A DNA stretch of 64,000 nucleotides from an uncultured Alphaproteobacteria bacterium (GCA_963781355.1 CAWAFP010000009.1:20866-84865); one strand, 5' to 3'; shown: positions 18,932-33,179, counted from the stretch's first letter. Translations and numbers: made by a program. Notes: a model not told the origin generated them from the letters alone.

Positions 18932-21234
18932 CTAGTCCTTGAGGAAGTCGGGCAGACCCGCAGGTGCGCTGTCGCGCGGACCACGGTCACCGCCGCGATC
19001 GCCGCCACGGCCACCACGGTCGCCGCCGCGACCACCGCCGCCGCCCTTGGGCCCGCGACGATCGCCACCGCGATCACCGCCACGGCCGCCTTCGCGCGGC
19101 TCACGCGCTTCGCGGGGCGGACGGGTGTCCTCCAGCTCGGCGCCGGTTTCCTGATCGACGACGCGCATCGACAGGCGAACCTTGCCGCGCTGGTCGATCT
19201 CGAGCACCTTGACCTTCACTTCCATGCCTTCGGAGACGACATCGGTGGGCTTCTCAACCCGCTCGTTGCGCATTTCCGAGACGTGGACGAGACCGTCCTT
19301 GCCGCCCATGAAGTTCACGAACGCGCCGAAATCGACGATGTTCACGACCTTGCCGTTGTAGATCTTGCCGACTTCGGCTTCCTCGACGATGCCGAGGATC
19401 CACTTCTTCGCCGCTTCGATCTCGTCAACGTTGCTGGACGAGATCTTGATCACGCCTTCATCGTCGATGTCGACCTTGGCGCCGGTTTCAGCGACGATCT
19501 CGCGGATCACCTTGCCGCCGGTGCCGATGACGTCACGGATCTTCGACTTGTCGATCTGGATCGTCTCGATGCGCGGCGCGTGCTTGCTGACTTCGGTGCG
19601 GGCACCGGTCAGCGCCTTGGCCATTTCGCCGAGGATGTGCATCCGGCCAGCCTTGGCCTGTTCCAGCGCCTTGGCCATGATTTCCTGCGTGATGCCGGCA
19701 ATCTTGATGTCCATCTGCATCGTGGTGATGCCGTTCTCGGTGCCGGCAACCTTGAAGTCCATGTCGCCGAGGTGATCTTCGTCACCCAGGATGTCCGACA
19801 GAACGGCAAAGTCATCGCCTTCGAGGATCAGGCCCATCGCGATGCCCGAGACCGGACGCCTTCACCGGCACACCGGCGTCCATCATCGACAGACAGCCGC
19901 CGCACACGGTCGCCATCGAGGACGAGCCGTTGGACTCGGTGATGTCGGACAGAACGCGGATGGTGTAGGGGAAGTCTTCCTTGCTCGGCAGCACGGGGTT
20001 CAGCGCGCGCCAGGCGAGCTTGCCGTGACCGACTTCGCGGCGACCCGGAGCGCCGAAGCGGCCCACTTCACCGACCGAATAGGGCGGGAAGTTATAGTGC
20101 AGCATGAAGCTGGTGTAGCTCAGGCCTTCCAGACCATCGATCATCTGCTCGGAATCCTTGGTGCCGAGCGTGGTGGTGCAGATCGCCTGCGTTTCACCGC
20201 GGGTGAACAGCGACGAACCATGCGTGCGCGGCAGGAAGCCGACGATCGCTTCGATCGGGCGGACCTGATCGAGCTTGCGGCCGTCGATACGCTGGCCATC
20301 CTTGAGGATCGCCCCGCGCACGATTTCCGCTTCGAGCTTCTTCATCAGCTTGCCAGCGACCATCTGGGTCTGGCCGCCTTCGTCCGCAAACGCCGCCTTG
20401 GCCTTGGCCCGGGCTTCGTTCAGCAGGTTCGAACGCTGCCGACTTGTCGGTGACCTTGTAAGCCGCCGCGATATCGCCGCCGATCAGGTCCTTGAGCTTC
20501 GCCTTCATGTCAGCGGTGTTGTCGCTGAGGTCGACGGTCCAGGGATCCTTGGCAGCCTGTTCAGCCAGATCGATGATCGCGCCGATGACGTTGCGGATTT
20601 CGTCATGCGCGAACATGACGGCGCCGAGCATCACTTCTTCGGTCAGTTCCTTGGCTTCGGATTCGACCATCATCACCGCGCCTTGCGTGGCGGCAACGAC
20701 GAGGTCGAGCTGGCCTTCGGCAAGCGCCTTGTCCTGCTTCGGGTTGAGGACATATTCGCCATCGATGTAGCCGACGCGCGCGGCGCCGATCGGGCCCATG
20801 AAGGGCACGCCCGAGATGGTCAGTGCAGCCGAGGCTGCGATCATCGCGACGATATCGGCCTCGGTTTCGCCGTCGAACGACAGAACCTGGCAAATGACGT
20901 TGATTTCGTTGTAGAAACCTTCGGGGAACAGCGGACGGATCGGACGGTCGATCAAGCGGCTGGTCAGCGTTTCCTTTTCGGTCGCGCCGCGTTCACGCTT
21001 GAAGAAGCCGCCCGGGATGCGCCCGGCGGCCGAGAACTTTTCCTGATAGTGGACGGTGAGCGGGAAGAAATCCTGCCCTTCCTTGACCGACTTGGCGGCG
21101 GTCACGGCGCACAGCACCACGGTTTCGCCATAGGTGGCCAGAACGGCGCCATCGGCCTGACGGGCAATACGCCCGGTTTCCAGAGTGAGGGTCTTGCCGC
21201 CCCACTCCAGCGATACGGTTTTCGTGTCGAACAT
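18932..21234 (-). CDS. pnp: Polyribonucleotide nucleotidyltransferase (two +1 frameshifts, ~20440 and ~19860, probable errors)
   Basis: [55 protein letters not shown] and S1 domains. Confidence 0.97.
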
Positions 21235-21369
21235 TGATTTTCCTTCTGACCCGCGCGGCCATATTGCCTTCGCGGGGCCTCATGTGCCGGGGAAACAACC
21301 GTCCCGGTCCGGTGCAGGGCACTTCGGCCCCAAGGCTCAGCAGACCGGATGTCTGCGTGGCCCATATGC

Positions 21370-21400
21370 AAAAAAGGCGGCCCCTTGGAGCCGCCCTTTC
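21370..21400 (-). terminator. Intrinsic terminator after rpsO
   Basis: GGCGGCTCC-AA-GGGGCCGCC-TTTTTT. Confidence 0.8.
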
Positions 21401-21409
21401 GCAAAACTC

Positions 21410-21679
21410 TTACTTACGCAGGCCCAGCTTCTGGATCAGAGCGTTGTACCGCTCCACATCCTTCTTCTTGAGGTAGGCCAGCAGCGTGCGACGCTTGTTG
21501 ACCATCATGAGAAGGCCGCGACGCGAATGGTTGTCCTTGTGGTGATCCTTGAAGTGCTCGGTCAGGTTGCGGATGCGCTGCGTGAGGATCGCAACCTGCA
21601 CTTCGGGGCTGCCGGTGTCCTTGGGATCACGGGCATTGTCAGCAATGATGGTCTGCTTAACTTCGGCGGTCACCGACAT
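21410..21679 (-). CDS. rpsO: 30S ribosomal protein S15
   Basis: [13 protein letters not shown]...[11 protein letters not shown]. Confidence 0.99.
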   Translation of the reverse strand: MSVTAEVKQTIIADNARDPKDTGSPEVQVAILTQRIRNLTEHFKDHHKDNHSRRGLLMMVNKRRTLLAYLKKKDVERYNALIQKLGLRK

Positions 21680-21693
21680 AGTACGTCTCTTTC

Positions 21694-22690
21694 TTACTCA
21701 GCGACATCGGGAAGGTTAAACCCCCGAACGACCGTGGCCGTCCCATCCGAAATTTCCATCAGCGCGACCGGGACAGAACCCAGTTTCGCGAGGTAAAGCC
21801 CGGATGATTGGGGCATGTCAGACAGCACCCGGCCCTGTCGGACCGCCTGCGCGCTTGTCTGATCGAGGTGGAGGGCCGGGATGTCGTCCAGCCCTGCCTC
21901 TAACGGCAGGAGGAGGTGTTCAAGGCCCCGGCCCTTAGCGGTTTCCTCCAGCAAGTCCAGCGAAATCGCCTGTTCCTGTAGGAACGGCCCGGCCTTGGTG
22001 CGGCGCAGATAGGTGACGTGGCCGCAGGTGCCAAGCGCATAGGCAATGTCGCGCGCAAGGCTGCGGATATAGGTGCCCTTGGAGACGTGGGCAGTGAGGG
22101 TGATCTCCTCACAAAGCTCGTCACCCCGGCGAAGGCCGGGGCCGAGGGCGATCTGGGCAAGGCGCTTGCGGCTCTGGGTCCCGGCCTGCGCCGGGATGAC
22201 GGATGGAGAGTTGGTGAATGGTCACCGCCCGCGCCTTAAGCTCCACCACCTCGCCCGCCCGCGCCAGATCATAGGCGCGCTGGCCGCCGACTTTCAGCGC
22301 CGAATAGGCGGGCGGCACCTGCTCGATCGGGCCGGTGAAACGCGGCAAGACCGCCTCCACCTCGGCCAAAGCTGGACGCACGTCGCTTCGCGCGACGACT
22401 TCACCCTCAGTATCGAGCGTCGCAGTCTCCGCGCCGAACTGGACCGTGAATTCATAGATCTTGCTCGCATCAAGCATCCGCCCGGCCAGCTTGGTCGCCT
22501 CGCCCAGTGCGATCGGCAGCACGCCTTCCGCCAACGGGTCGAGCGTCCCGCCGTGACCCACCTTCGTCTTGGCATAACCGTTCTGGCGCAGCACGCGCTT
22601 GACCGCGCTGACCCCCTGGGTGGAGCCCATACCGCGCGGCTTGTCGAGGATCAGCCAGCCCGAGAGCGGCAGGGGTGCACTTTCGCTCAC
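21694..22690 (-). CDS. truB: tRNA pseudouridine-55 synthase with REP insertion and one +1 frameshift (~22150)
   Basis: [37 protein letters not shown]. Confidence 0.95.
22117..22202. repeat. REP-like element, family A, inside the truB coding sequence
   Basis: CTCGTCACCCCGGCGAAGGCCGGG ... CCCGGCCTGCGCCGGGATGACGG; same ends as the copy at 18838. Confidence 0.88.
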
Positions 22691-23380
22691 CGTGCGATCC
22701 CACCCGCGATCCATTGGACGAGTGCGAAGTAGCGCTCCTCAAGCCACAGCACCGGAGGGAGCACCGTATGCTCAACTAGGGCAAAGCCGGGGAAGGCCCA
22801 CGTCGCCGCGATCAGCGCCACCAGCAGCAACATGCCCACCTGCTGCAGCTTCTGCCATTGTGCCGCCATGCTGCGCGGCAGCAGTCCGCCGACGATGTGC
22901 GAACCGTCGAAGGGCGGGATCGGCAGGAGGTTGAACAGCGCGAGGAAGATGTTGATGAGGATGAAGGTACGTCAGCAGCGTCGCGGAAATGCCGGCAGCG
23001 GCGGTCCCCTCGCCGAGCCCCAGCCCGCCGACCACGCCCAGCAGCACCGCGGCCACCAGCGCGAGCAGGAGGTTCATCCCCGGCCCCGCCGCGGCCACCG
23101 CCATCATTCCGAAGCGCGGGTTGTTGAGCCGCCGCGCGTTGATCGGCACCGGCTTGGCCCAGCCGAACACCGGCCCGCCCAGCAGCGCCAGCGCGCCCGG
23201 CACCAGCAGCGTTCCGACCGGATCGATATGGCGCAGCGGGTTGAGGCTGAGGCGCCGCTGCTCGCGTGCGGTGGGATCACCCAGCGCCAGCGCGGCGAGC
23301 CCGTGCGCGACCTCGTGGAAAACGATAGCGATGATCAGGCACGGCGCCAGGATGGCGGCATAGAGAAGCGTTTCGGTCAT
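22687..23380 (-). CDS. Site-2 (M50) intramembrane protease, one +1 frameshift ~22965
   Basis: [25 protein letters not shown] after frame correction. Confidence 0.9.
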
Positions 23381-23405
23381 GACGCGCTAGATAGGAACCG
23401 AGCGA

Positions 23406-23981
23406 TCAACCCGCCAGCGCCTCGGAGAAATGCTTGCGGCATAGCGCGACATAGCGATCATTCCCGCCAATCTCGGTCTGCTGGCCCTGCCGCACCGCCG
23501 CGCCGCTTTCATCGACGCGCAGGTTCATCGTCGCCTTGCGGCCGCAGTGGCAGACAGCTTTCAGCTCCACCAGAGCATCGGCGATTCCGAGCAGCACCGC
23601 AGAGCCGGGGAACAACTCCCCCTGAAAGTCCGTCCTCAGGCCGTAGCACAGCACCGGTATCCCACCCTCGTCCGCCAAGCGGGCCAACTGCCACACCTGA
23701 TCGGAGGTGAGGAACTGCGCCTCGTCCACCATCACGCAATCCAGCGGTTGCACCTTATGTGCCGCGCTGATCGCCGCCCACAGATCGGTATCAGGCGCAA
23801 ACTTGTGCGCCACGCTCTCCAGCCCGATACGGCTCTTCACCTGCCCGCCCGAACGGCTGTCGAGCGCCGCAGTCCATAGCATCGTCGCCATGCCGCGCTC
23901 GCGATAATTGAAATCGGCCTGCAACAGGTGCGAGCTTTTGCCTGCGTTCATGCTGGCATAGTAGAAGTAGAGCTTGGCCAT
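23406..23981 (-). CDS. tdk: Thymidine kinase
   Basis: MNAGKS, VDEAQF, YGLRTDF, CHCG and Y..LCRKH. Confidence 0.97.
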   Translation of the reverse strand: MAKLYFYYASMNAGKSSHLLQADFNYRERGMATMLWTAALDSRSGGQVKSRIGLESVAHKFAPDTDLWAAISAAHKVQPLDCVMVDEAQFLTSDQVWQLARLADEGGIPVLCYGLRTDFQGELFPGSAVLLGIADALVELKAVCHCGRKATMNLRVDESGAAVRQGQQTEIGGNDRYVALCRKHFSEALAG

Positions 23982-24061
23982 CGTGTCAGACTACCCATTC
24001 GCCGGACGCTGGGCGAGGTGGAGGTGAACCTTTTGCCCGGTTGAAGCGTATAGGTAAAATC

Positions 24062-24646
24062 ATGATCAAGTCTGCCGCCCGCCCCCGGATGTTCCTGTTG
24101 CCGCTGTTTGCAGTGTTCGCGCTGGCCAATAGCGCGAGCGTGCCGCAGCGCTACACTCTTGATGCGTCGGCCAGCAATGTCTCGGCCAAGGTGCCGTTCT
24201 TCGGCCTCGCGAGCAAGACCGCGCGCTTCCCCCGGATGGAGGGGGCGGTGACAATCGTGCCAGGTGCACCGGAAAAGGCCCTGATTGACGTCACCTTCGA
24301 TGCCACCGCCATTGAGGCGCCTGACAGCGTCACGCTCGCCCGCCTGCGGAGCGACAAGTTCTTCTGGGTGGAAAAATATCCCTCGATCCGGTTCATCGGC
24401 CGCTCGCTCAAACTGTCGAGCACGACGCGCGGGACCGTTAGCGGCGAGTTGACGGCACGCGGCGTCACCCGTCCGGCGACGCTGGCGGTGACCTTCAATG
24501 CTGATCCGATTGCGCAGGCGGGCAAGCCGATCAGTTTTACCGGCACCACCACCATCGACCGGCGGCAGTTCGGGATGAAGGCGTATCAGCTGGTCGTCGG
24601 CAACAAGGTGGACATCACACTGAAAGCGCGGATGATCCCGCGTTGA
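24062..24646 (+). CDS. YceI-family lipid/polyisoprenoid-binding protein
   Basis: Signal peptide, Y.LD...S.V, FF.VEKYP.I.F, GELT.RGVTRP, IDRRQFGM. Confidence 0.85.
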   Translation: MIKSAARPRMFLLPLFAVFALANSASVPQRYTLDASASNVSAKVPFFGLASKTARFPRMEGAVTIVPGAPEKALIDVTFDATAIEAPDSVTLARLRSDKFFWVEKYPSIRFIGRSLKLSSTTRGTVSGELTARGVTRPATLAVTFNADPIAQAGKPISFTGTTTIDRRQFGMKAYQLVVGNKVDITLKARMIPR

Positions 24647-24653
24647 CACAACC

Positions 24654-24731
24654 GTGAGCCCCCGCGCAGGCGGGGGCCTCAGGCGACTTGGTGCTTTGCA
24701 GCACGAGGTCCCCGCCTGCGCGGGAACTCAC
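24654..24731. repeat. REP-like palindrome (family A variant) between convergent yceI and rbfA
   Basis: GTGAGCCCCCGCGCAGGCGGGG ... CCCCGCCTGCGCGGGAACTCAC; overlaps rbfA stop. Confidence 0.8.
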
Positions 24732-25150
24732 TCCTCTTTTTCAAGATCGTCGCCAGCCTCATCATCCAGATCGCGGGCAACCTTGGGATCGCGCAGGAGG
24801 GCTTCGATCCGGTCCGCCTCGGCGAAGCTCTCATCCTTGCGGAACCTGAGCTTGGGCGCGAATTTCAGCCCAAGCCGCTGCGCGACTTCGCGCTGAAGGA
24901 AGGCCGTGTTCTGGCGCAAAGCGACGACGACCTCGTCCTCGCCCGCTCCCATCAGCGGCTTCACATAGGCGGTGGCATTGCGCAGATCGGGGGTCATGCG
25001 CACCTCGGTGACCGAGATATGCGCCGCGCGCACGACATCGTCATGCACCTCACCGCGCGCGAGCAGTTCCGACAGGATATGCCGCACCCGTTCGCCGACC
25101 TTGAGGACGCGGACCGATTGCTGTTCGGTGGTGAAAGGAGCCTTGGCCAT
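24728..25150 (-). CDS. rbfA: Ribosome-binding factor A
   Basis: [33 protein letters not shown]. Confidence 0.97.
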   Translation of the reverse strand: MAKAPFTTEQQSVRVLKVGERVRHILSELLARGEVHDDVVRAAHISVTEVRMTPDLRNATAYVKPLMGAGEDEVVVALRQNTAFLQREVAQRLGLKFAPKLRFRKDESFAEADRIEALLRDPKVARDLDDEAGDDLEKEE

Positions 25151-25589
25151 TACGCCATCCCCGTGCTGGTCGGCGTCGGGCGCGGGGTTGGCAGCGCGGT
25201 CGAGGTCGAGCGGGCGTAAAGCGTGCCGTCCTCGGCCAGCAATTCGCCTTCGAGGAAGACGACGCGCCGCCCGCCCTTGACCACCCGGCCCTTGCCGATG
25301 ATCGTTGCGCCGTCAGGGATCAGGCGGATCAGGCTCATCGAAATGTCGAGATTGAGCGGCGCCATCTCGCCGCCGGTGGCCGCGACATAGGCATAGCCCA
25401 TCACATCATCGAGATAGCCCGCAACCAAGCCCCCCTGCACGCCGCCGCGCCAGGTGGTCATCTCACGCTTCACTGTGAAACGCATGGTGACGGTCTGGGC
25501 GGCCTCATCCCAGCCGACAAATTCCGAGCCGAGCAGCGCCGTGTGCGGCGACTGCCCGGCATCGTCTGGGTAGTGCGTATCCGTCAGGC

Positions 25590-25593
<4 letters not shown>
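25150..25593 (-). CDS. PaaI-family thioesterase
   Basis: [17 protein letters not shown] hotdog motif. Confidence 0.85.
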
Positions 25594-28158
<2,565 letters not shown>

Positions 28159-28167
28159 TATCGCTCG

Positions 28168-28948
28168 TCAGTCCTTCACGTATTCATCAATGTTCGCCGT
28201 CCCGCCCTGAGGCTGGTCAGCGTGGCCGGAAGTGTCCCGGCCCGTTTCGTTCGTCGCGTTCGCCCGATCATCCCCGACGTATTGCACCAGCCGGGAAACC
28301 GCCTGTAGCACGCGGTTTGCGGCGCGCATGTCGCCCGGATGACCGGCGACGCCCAGGTGGACTACGTTGTCGCGGCCCAATGCCACAGACAGCGCGGTGC
28401 GGTCCAGAGGCAAGGTCTGCCCGCGCAGGCCGGAGCCTTCGGCATCGGTGCCGACGCGCCACGCCTGATCGAGCTTGCGCCGCCCGTCCTCGCTGCTGTC
28501 GGCGGCGTGAAGCAGAACGGCAATCCGTCCGCTGCGCGCCTGTTCCTCGATCCGGGCCGAACCCATCACGATGTTGCCGCTGCGAAGTTCCAGCCCCAGC
28601 CGGTCGCACAATTGGCGCACCAGCGCGGCTTCGATCCGTTGCGGGCAAATCGTCAGGAATGGTGAGAGGCGCGCCCTTGAATGCGCGCATCAGTGCCTTT
28701 TTGAGATGGCCCTCAGCCAGCGCGGTTTCAAGCGCGGCGCGGGTCACCCCGATCCACGCACCACGCCCCGGCGCCTTGGCCCCGGCATCGGGCAGCACCA
28801 GCCCGTCAGGCGAAATCGCCAGACGCAGCAGCTCATCCCGCGCCGAGGTGTCCCCGGTGAGGATACAGCGCCGCTCGCTCCCCGTCGTGTCGGGAAGCGC
28901 CGGCTCAGCGATGTCGGACGTCAGGCGCTCATTGGGTGGAGTCCGCAT
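28168..28948 (-). CDS. DUF448 (YlxR-like)/L7Ae fusion RNA-binding protein, one +1 frameshift ~28640
   Basis: ERRCILTG, LLRL..SPDG, KAPGRGAWI; C-terminal L7Ae-like LSVALGR.NVVH. Confidence 0.88.
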
Positions 28949-30555
28949 GGGCGGCCTCCTCGGTCGGTTCATCTTCGAACCAGTGCGCACGCGCGGCCAT
29001 GATGATCTCGTTGCCCTGCTCTTCCGAGAGGCCATATTCGCCCAGCACACCGCCCTTGTCGGTTTCGCGCTGCGGACGCCGGGTCGGCGGGCCATCGGTG
29101 TTGTTCCGGCGGCGCGGCGCTTCGCGCTTCTTGGCGATCAACTCGTCAGTGGCGAGATCGGCGAGATCGTCGAGCGTCTTGATCCCGGCCTTGCCGAGCG
29201 TGACCAGCATCGCTTCGGTGAGGTGCGGGATTTCCGCCAGCGCATCTTCCACGCCAAGCCCGCGGCGGACTTCGCGATGCCCGGCTTCCTGCCGCTCGAG
29301 CGCTTCAAGCGCACGGCTCTGAAGTTCTTCGGCGAGTTCATCGTCGAAGCCTTCGATGCTGGCGAGTTCGGCGATCTCGACATAGGCCACTTCTTCCAGC
29401 TCGGCGAAGCCTTCGGCGACCAGCAGCTGCGAGAGGGTTTCGTCGACGTCGAGTTCTTCCTCGAACATCTTCGAACGCTCGGCGAATTCCTTCGAGCGCT
29501 TCTCCGAGGCTTCTTCCTCGGTCATGATGTCGATCTGGTGACCGGTGAGCTGGCTCGCCAAGCGAACGTTCTGACCGCGGCGACCGATGGCCAGCGACAG
29601 CTGATCGTCGGGCACCACCACTTCGATGCGGCCATCATCTTCGTCGAGCACAACGCGGCTGACGGTAGCAGGCTGGAGCGCGTTGACCACGAAGGTCGCG
29701 GTGTCTTCCGACCAGGGGATGATGTCGATCTTTTCGCCCTGCAGTTCCTGCACGACGGCCTGCACGCGGCTGCCCTTCATGCCGACGCAGGCGCCGACCG
29801 GGTCAATGCTGGAATCGCGGCTGATCACACCGATCTTGGCGCGGCTACCCGGGTCACGGGCGGCGGCCTTGATCTCGATGATGTTGTCGTAGATTTCGGG
29901 CACTTCCTGCGCGAACAGCTTCTTCATGAAGTCGGGGTGCGCGCGGCTGAGGAAGATCTGCGGACCGCGGTTGTTGCGCTCCACCTTGGTGATGAGCGCA
30001 CGGACGCGCTCGCCGGTACGGGCGGCTTCGCGCGGGATCTGCTGATCGCGGCGGATCACGCCTTCGGCACGGCCAAGGTTGACGATCACGTGGCCGAATT
30101 CGACCGACTTGATCACGCCGGTGATGACTTCGCCCTGACGATCCTTGAATTCTTCGAACTGACGCTCGCGCTCGGCATCGCGGACCTTCTGGAAGATCAC
30201 CTGCTTGGCGCGACTGCGCGTCGATGCGGCCGAGATCGACCGGGGGCAGCGGATCGACGATGAAGTCGCCGACCTTGGCGCCCGGCTGGAGCTTTTCGCC
30301 CTGCTTGATGTCGACCTGCTTGAAGTAGTCCTCGACCTCTTCGACGACCTCGACCACGCGCCACAGCGTCAGATCGCCGGTCAGCGGATCGAGCTTGGCG
30401 CGGATGTCGTTCTCGGCGCCGTAGCGGTTGCGCGCGGATTTCTGGATCGCTTCTTCCATCGCCTCAATGACGATGGACTTGTCGATCATCTTTTCCGAAG
30501 CGACCGCGTTGGCGATCGCAAGCAGTTCAGCCTTGTTGGCGGAAATGGCACTCAT
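28929..30555 (-). CDS. nusA: Transcription termination factor NusA, one +1 frameshift ~30210
   Basis: GRIDAQSAKQVI after correction, ARDPGSRAKI, DPVGACVG, AIGRRGQNVRLA. Confidence 0.97.
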
Positions 30556-31118
30556 CAGTCGTCTGCCTTCTCTGTATCTTCGATGAGTTCGTCAGCCCCA
30601 CTGGTATCCAGCGGGCGGGTGGCGGCAATCAGCGCGTCGGTGAGGACGAGCTTGGCCGTGTGAACCTGATCAAGCGGCAAGCGCACATCGCCCGCCTTCA
30701 CTTCCGCGACGAGGATCATACCATCCTCAAGCCCGCCGAGCACGCCTTTGTTGACGCGCTGACCTTCATAGCTCTTGTCCATGACGATCCGCACTTCGTG
30801 ACCGGCCCAATTGGCGAAATCTTTCTCGCGGGTAAGCGGACGGTCGATCCCGGGCGAGCTGACCTCGAGGTGGTAGGCCCCTTCGATCAGTTCCTCGCCC
30901 GCTTCTTCAGCCGCATCGATCACGTCCGAAACCCGGCGCGACAGCGCAGCGCACTGGTCGATCACAAGCTGCCCGGTCGCGGGATCTTCGGCCATGATCT
31001 GCAAGGCCATCCCGCCATCACCGGCTTCGGACGGCAGCATCGCCACGCGCACCAGTTCGAAACCCAGGGCGGTCGCCTCGGGTTCGATCAACTGGGTCAG
31101 ACGCGCGATATCGGCCAT
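30555..31118 (-). CDS. rimP: Ribosome maturation factor RimP
   Basis: GFELVRV, LEVSSPGIDRPL. Confidence 0.97.
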   Translation of the reverse strand: MADIARLTQLIEPEATALGFELVRVAMLPSEAGDGGMALQIMAEDPATGQLVIDQCAALSRRVSDVIDAAEEAGEELIEGAYHLEVSSPGIDRPLTREKDFANWAGHEVRIVMDKSYEGQRVNKGVLGGLEDGMILVAEVKAGDVRLPLDQVHTAKLVLTDALIAATRPLDTSGADELIEDTEKADD

Positions 31119-31293
31119 TCATGCTCCATACGAGTCGGCATTGCAGAAACGGCGTGTGGGGCCGGCCCCCGGAGGCGCCAGCATCCAAACCTTGTCTCGA
31201 CAATGCCGGGATTGGCGGTGCAACTAATCGCTGACACCCGATTTGGCAAGAGCGAACCGTGCGGGCGCGGCGCGTGCCCGGTTGGGCCAGAGT

Positions 31294-31734
31294 TCAGCTC
31301 GTCCGATCGTCGTCGGTGTCGCCCGTGACCCACTTGCGCGCCATCTCTACCAGCGCACGCCGCTCGCGATCCTCGAAGTTTTCGTGATAGCGCCGGGTCT
31401 CCAGCACGACCGTGTCGGTCAGCGGTTCGTCAAAGGCGATCGCGTTGATGCCGAATTCGCTGCGGCTAATGATGCCGAAATGGTCGATCACGCCGCAACG
31501 CAGGATAGCGCCCTCGCCCTCGCGCATGGCATCAAGGATCGCGACTTGTGCGCCCGTGCGCGACAGGTTGAGAAGAATGCAGAGGTGAGACCTTTCAACC
31601 GCGATCAATTGCGCGGGCAGGCTTAGTCGCAGCCGTGGAGCCAAACGCCGACCCACCATCGGGATGGCCGGTTCGTCCTTAGGCTCAGGCGCCGGGTCCA
31701 CCATCCCCTCACCCCGCAAATATGCGGCTACCAT
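31294..31734 (-). CDS. Stand-alone PilZ-domain protein (start uncertain)
   Basis: RRLAPR (RxxxR) and NLSRTG (D/NxSxxG) c-di-GMP motifs. Confidence 0.8.
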   Translation of the reverse strand: MVAAYLRGEGMVDPAPEPKDEPAIPMVGRRLAPRLRLSLPAQLIAVERSHLCILLNLSRTGAQVAILDAMREGEGAILRCGVIDHFGIISRSEFGINAIAFDEPLTDTVVLETRRYHENFEDRERRALVEMARKWVTGDTDDDRTS

Positions 31735-32023
31735 TGGCCCGATTGGCTTCCCGACCGGCGACTCGGCAGCAATGTTTTGCGTCCCCAACTGCGGTTTACG
31801 CGAGGTTGGTGTCGCAGGCAAAAGGTGACTGGGGATGGCGGAAAGATCGGGTCGCATGTCAATGCAAACCGGCGCGGCGCACGATAACCGTCTGACCTGC
31901 AGAAGGTTGCCGTTGAGCGCTATCGGCCAAGAAATGTTCGGAAAGCAATTGCATCGTGATCTGCCGCCTTGAACAAGATCACCGTAATAATCGAAAAGCC
32001 TTTCGAACCCGTTATGAACGTTC

Positions 32024-33079
32024 TCAGTCCTGCCCCTCCATGAGGGAATGCTTGCGAATGCAATGGCGCAGTTGATCGTAGGTAAGGCCGAGTGCGCGGG
32101 CGGTCTGGCGCTGGTTCCAGCGATGTTTTCCCAACGCATGGGCCAGGATCGCCCGCTCATGCGCGTCGACCGCGGCGCGCAGATCCTCGATGCTGTCGAA
32201 ACTGGGCGCGGCGCCTGCCACCGGCGCAGCGCCGGACGCAGCGCTGGCAGATCCCGCTCCTGATGCTTGCGTCTGGCTGCGCCGGTGTTCGGGAGGACGC
32301 GGGCGCCACGGGCTGTCGAAGGGATCGAACTGAACGTGGGCGATGGCCATGTCCGGCGCGTCCCAGCGATAGACCGCCCGCTCGATTACATTACGCAGCT
32401 CACGGACATTGCCGGGCCAAGGATGATCCTCGAGCGCATCCATCACGTGCGGCGCAAACCCCGGCCAGCGCTCCCAGTCCAGTTCGGCCGCCATGCGCCG
32501 CCCGAAATATTCGGCCAGGACGCCGATATCGCCCTCACGCACCCGCAAAGGCGGCAAGGTGATGACTTCGAAGCTCAGCCGGTCGAGCAGGTCGGCGCGG
32601 AACTCGCCGCTTGCTGCGAGCGCGGGCAGATCATCATTGGTCGCCGCCACGATCCGCACGTCGACCCTGATCGGGCGCGAGGCACCGATGCGGGTGATCT
32701 CGCCATATTCGACCGCGCGCAGCAACCGCTCCTGCGCGCCCATCGACAGAGTGCCGAGTTCGTCAAGGAACAGCGTCCCGCGGTCCGCTTCCTCGAACCG
32801 CCCCACGCGGGTCTTGGTCGCACCGGTAAAGGCGCCTGCTTCATGCCCGAACAGCTCGGCCTCGATCAGCGTTTCGGGAAGCGCGGCGCAGTTCATCGTC
32901 ACCAGCGGTTCGTCCCAGCGGCTCGACAGGCGGTGAAGGCGTTCGGCGATCAGTTCTTTACCCGTACCGCGCTCACCGATCACCAGCACGGGACGGTTCA
33001 TCGCGGCCGCGCGGCTGGCGCGCTCGACCGCGTCGAGAAAGGCCCCTGACTGACCGATGAACTGGCTTTCGAGCTTCAC
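32024..33079 (-). CDS. pspF: Phage shock protein transcriptional activator (sigma54 bEBP)
   Basis: GERGTGKE, GAFTGA, LFLDE, WPGNVREL, HTH tail; no receiver domain; divergent from pspA. Confidence 0.95.
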   Translation of the reverse strand: MKLESQFIGQSGAFLDAVERASRAAAMNRPVLVIGERGTGKELIAERLHRLSSRWDEPLVTMNCAALPETLIEAELFGHEAGAFTGATKTRVGRFEEADRGTLFLDELGTLSMGAQERLLRAVEYGEITRIGASRPIRVDVRIVAATNDDLPALAASGEFRADLLDRLSFEVITLPPLRVREGDIGVLAEYFGRRMAAELDWERWPGFAPHVMDALEDHPWPGNVRELRNVIERAVYRWDAPDMAIAHVQFDPFDSPWRPRPPEHRRSQTQASGAGSASAASGAAPVAGAAPSFDSIEDLRAAVDAHERAILAHALGKHRWNQRQTARALGLTYDQLRHCIRKHSLMEGQD

Positions 33080-33088
33080 ATCCAAACT

Positions 33089-33125
33089 ATAGTGAAAAAC
33101 ACCAATGCTTGGCAATACAGACCAA
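33089..33125. promoter_or_regulatory. Two tandem imperfect 17-bp palindromes, putative PspF enhancer sites
   Basis: ATAGTGAAAAACACCAA (33089-33105) and TTGGCAATACAGACCAA (33109-33125). Confidence 0.5.
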
Positions 33126-33179
33126 CGCTCCCAGAGTGCGGCACAGCAAAAACCCCGCAATTCCGCCGTTTTCGCGGTT

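Noticed and set aside
18975-19100. GGDRGG low-complexity repeats at the PNPase C-terminus
   Set aside because: Gly/Arg/Asp-rich disordered tails are common on alphaproteobacterial PNPases; not unusual.
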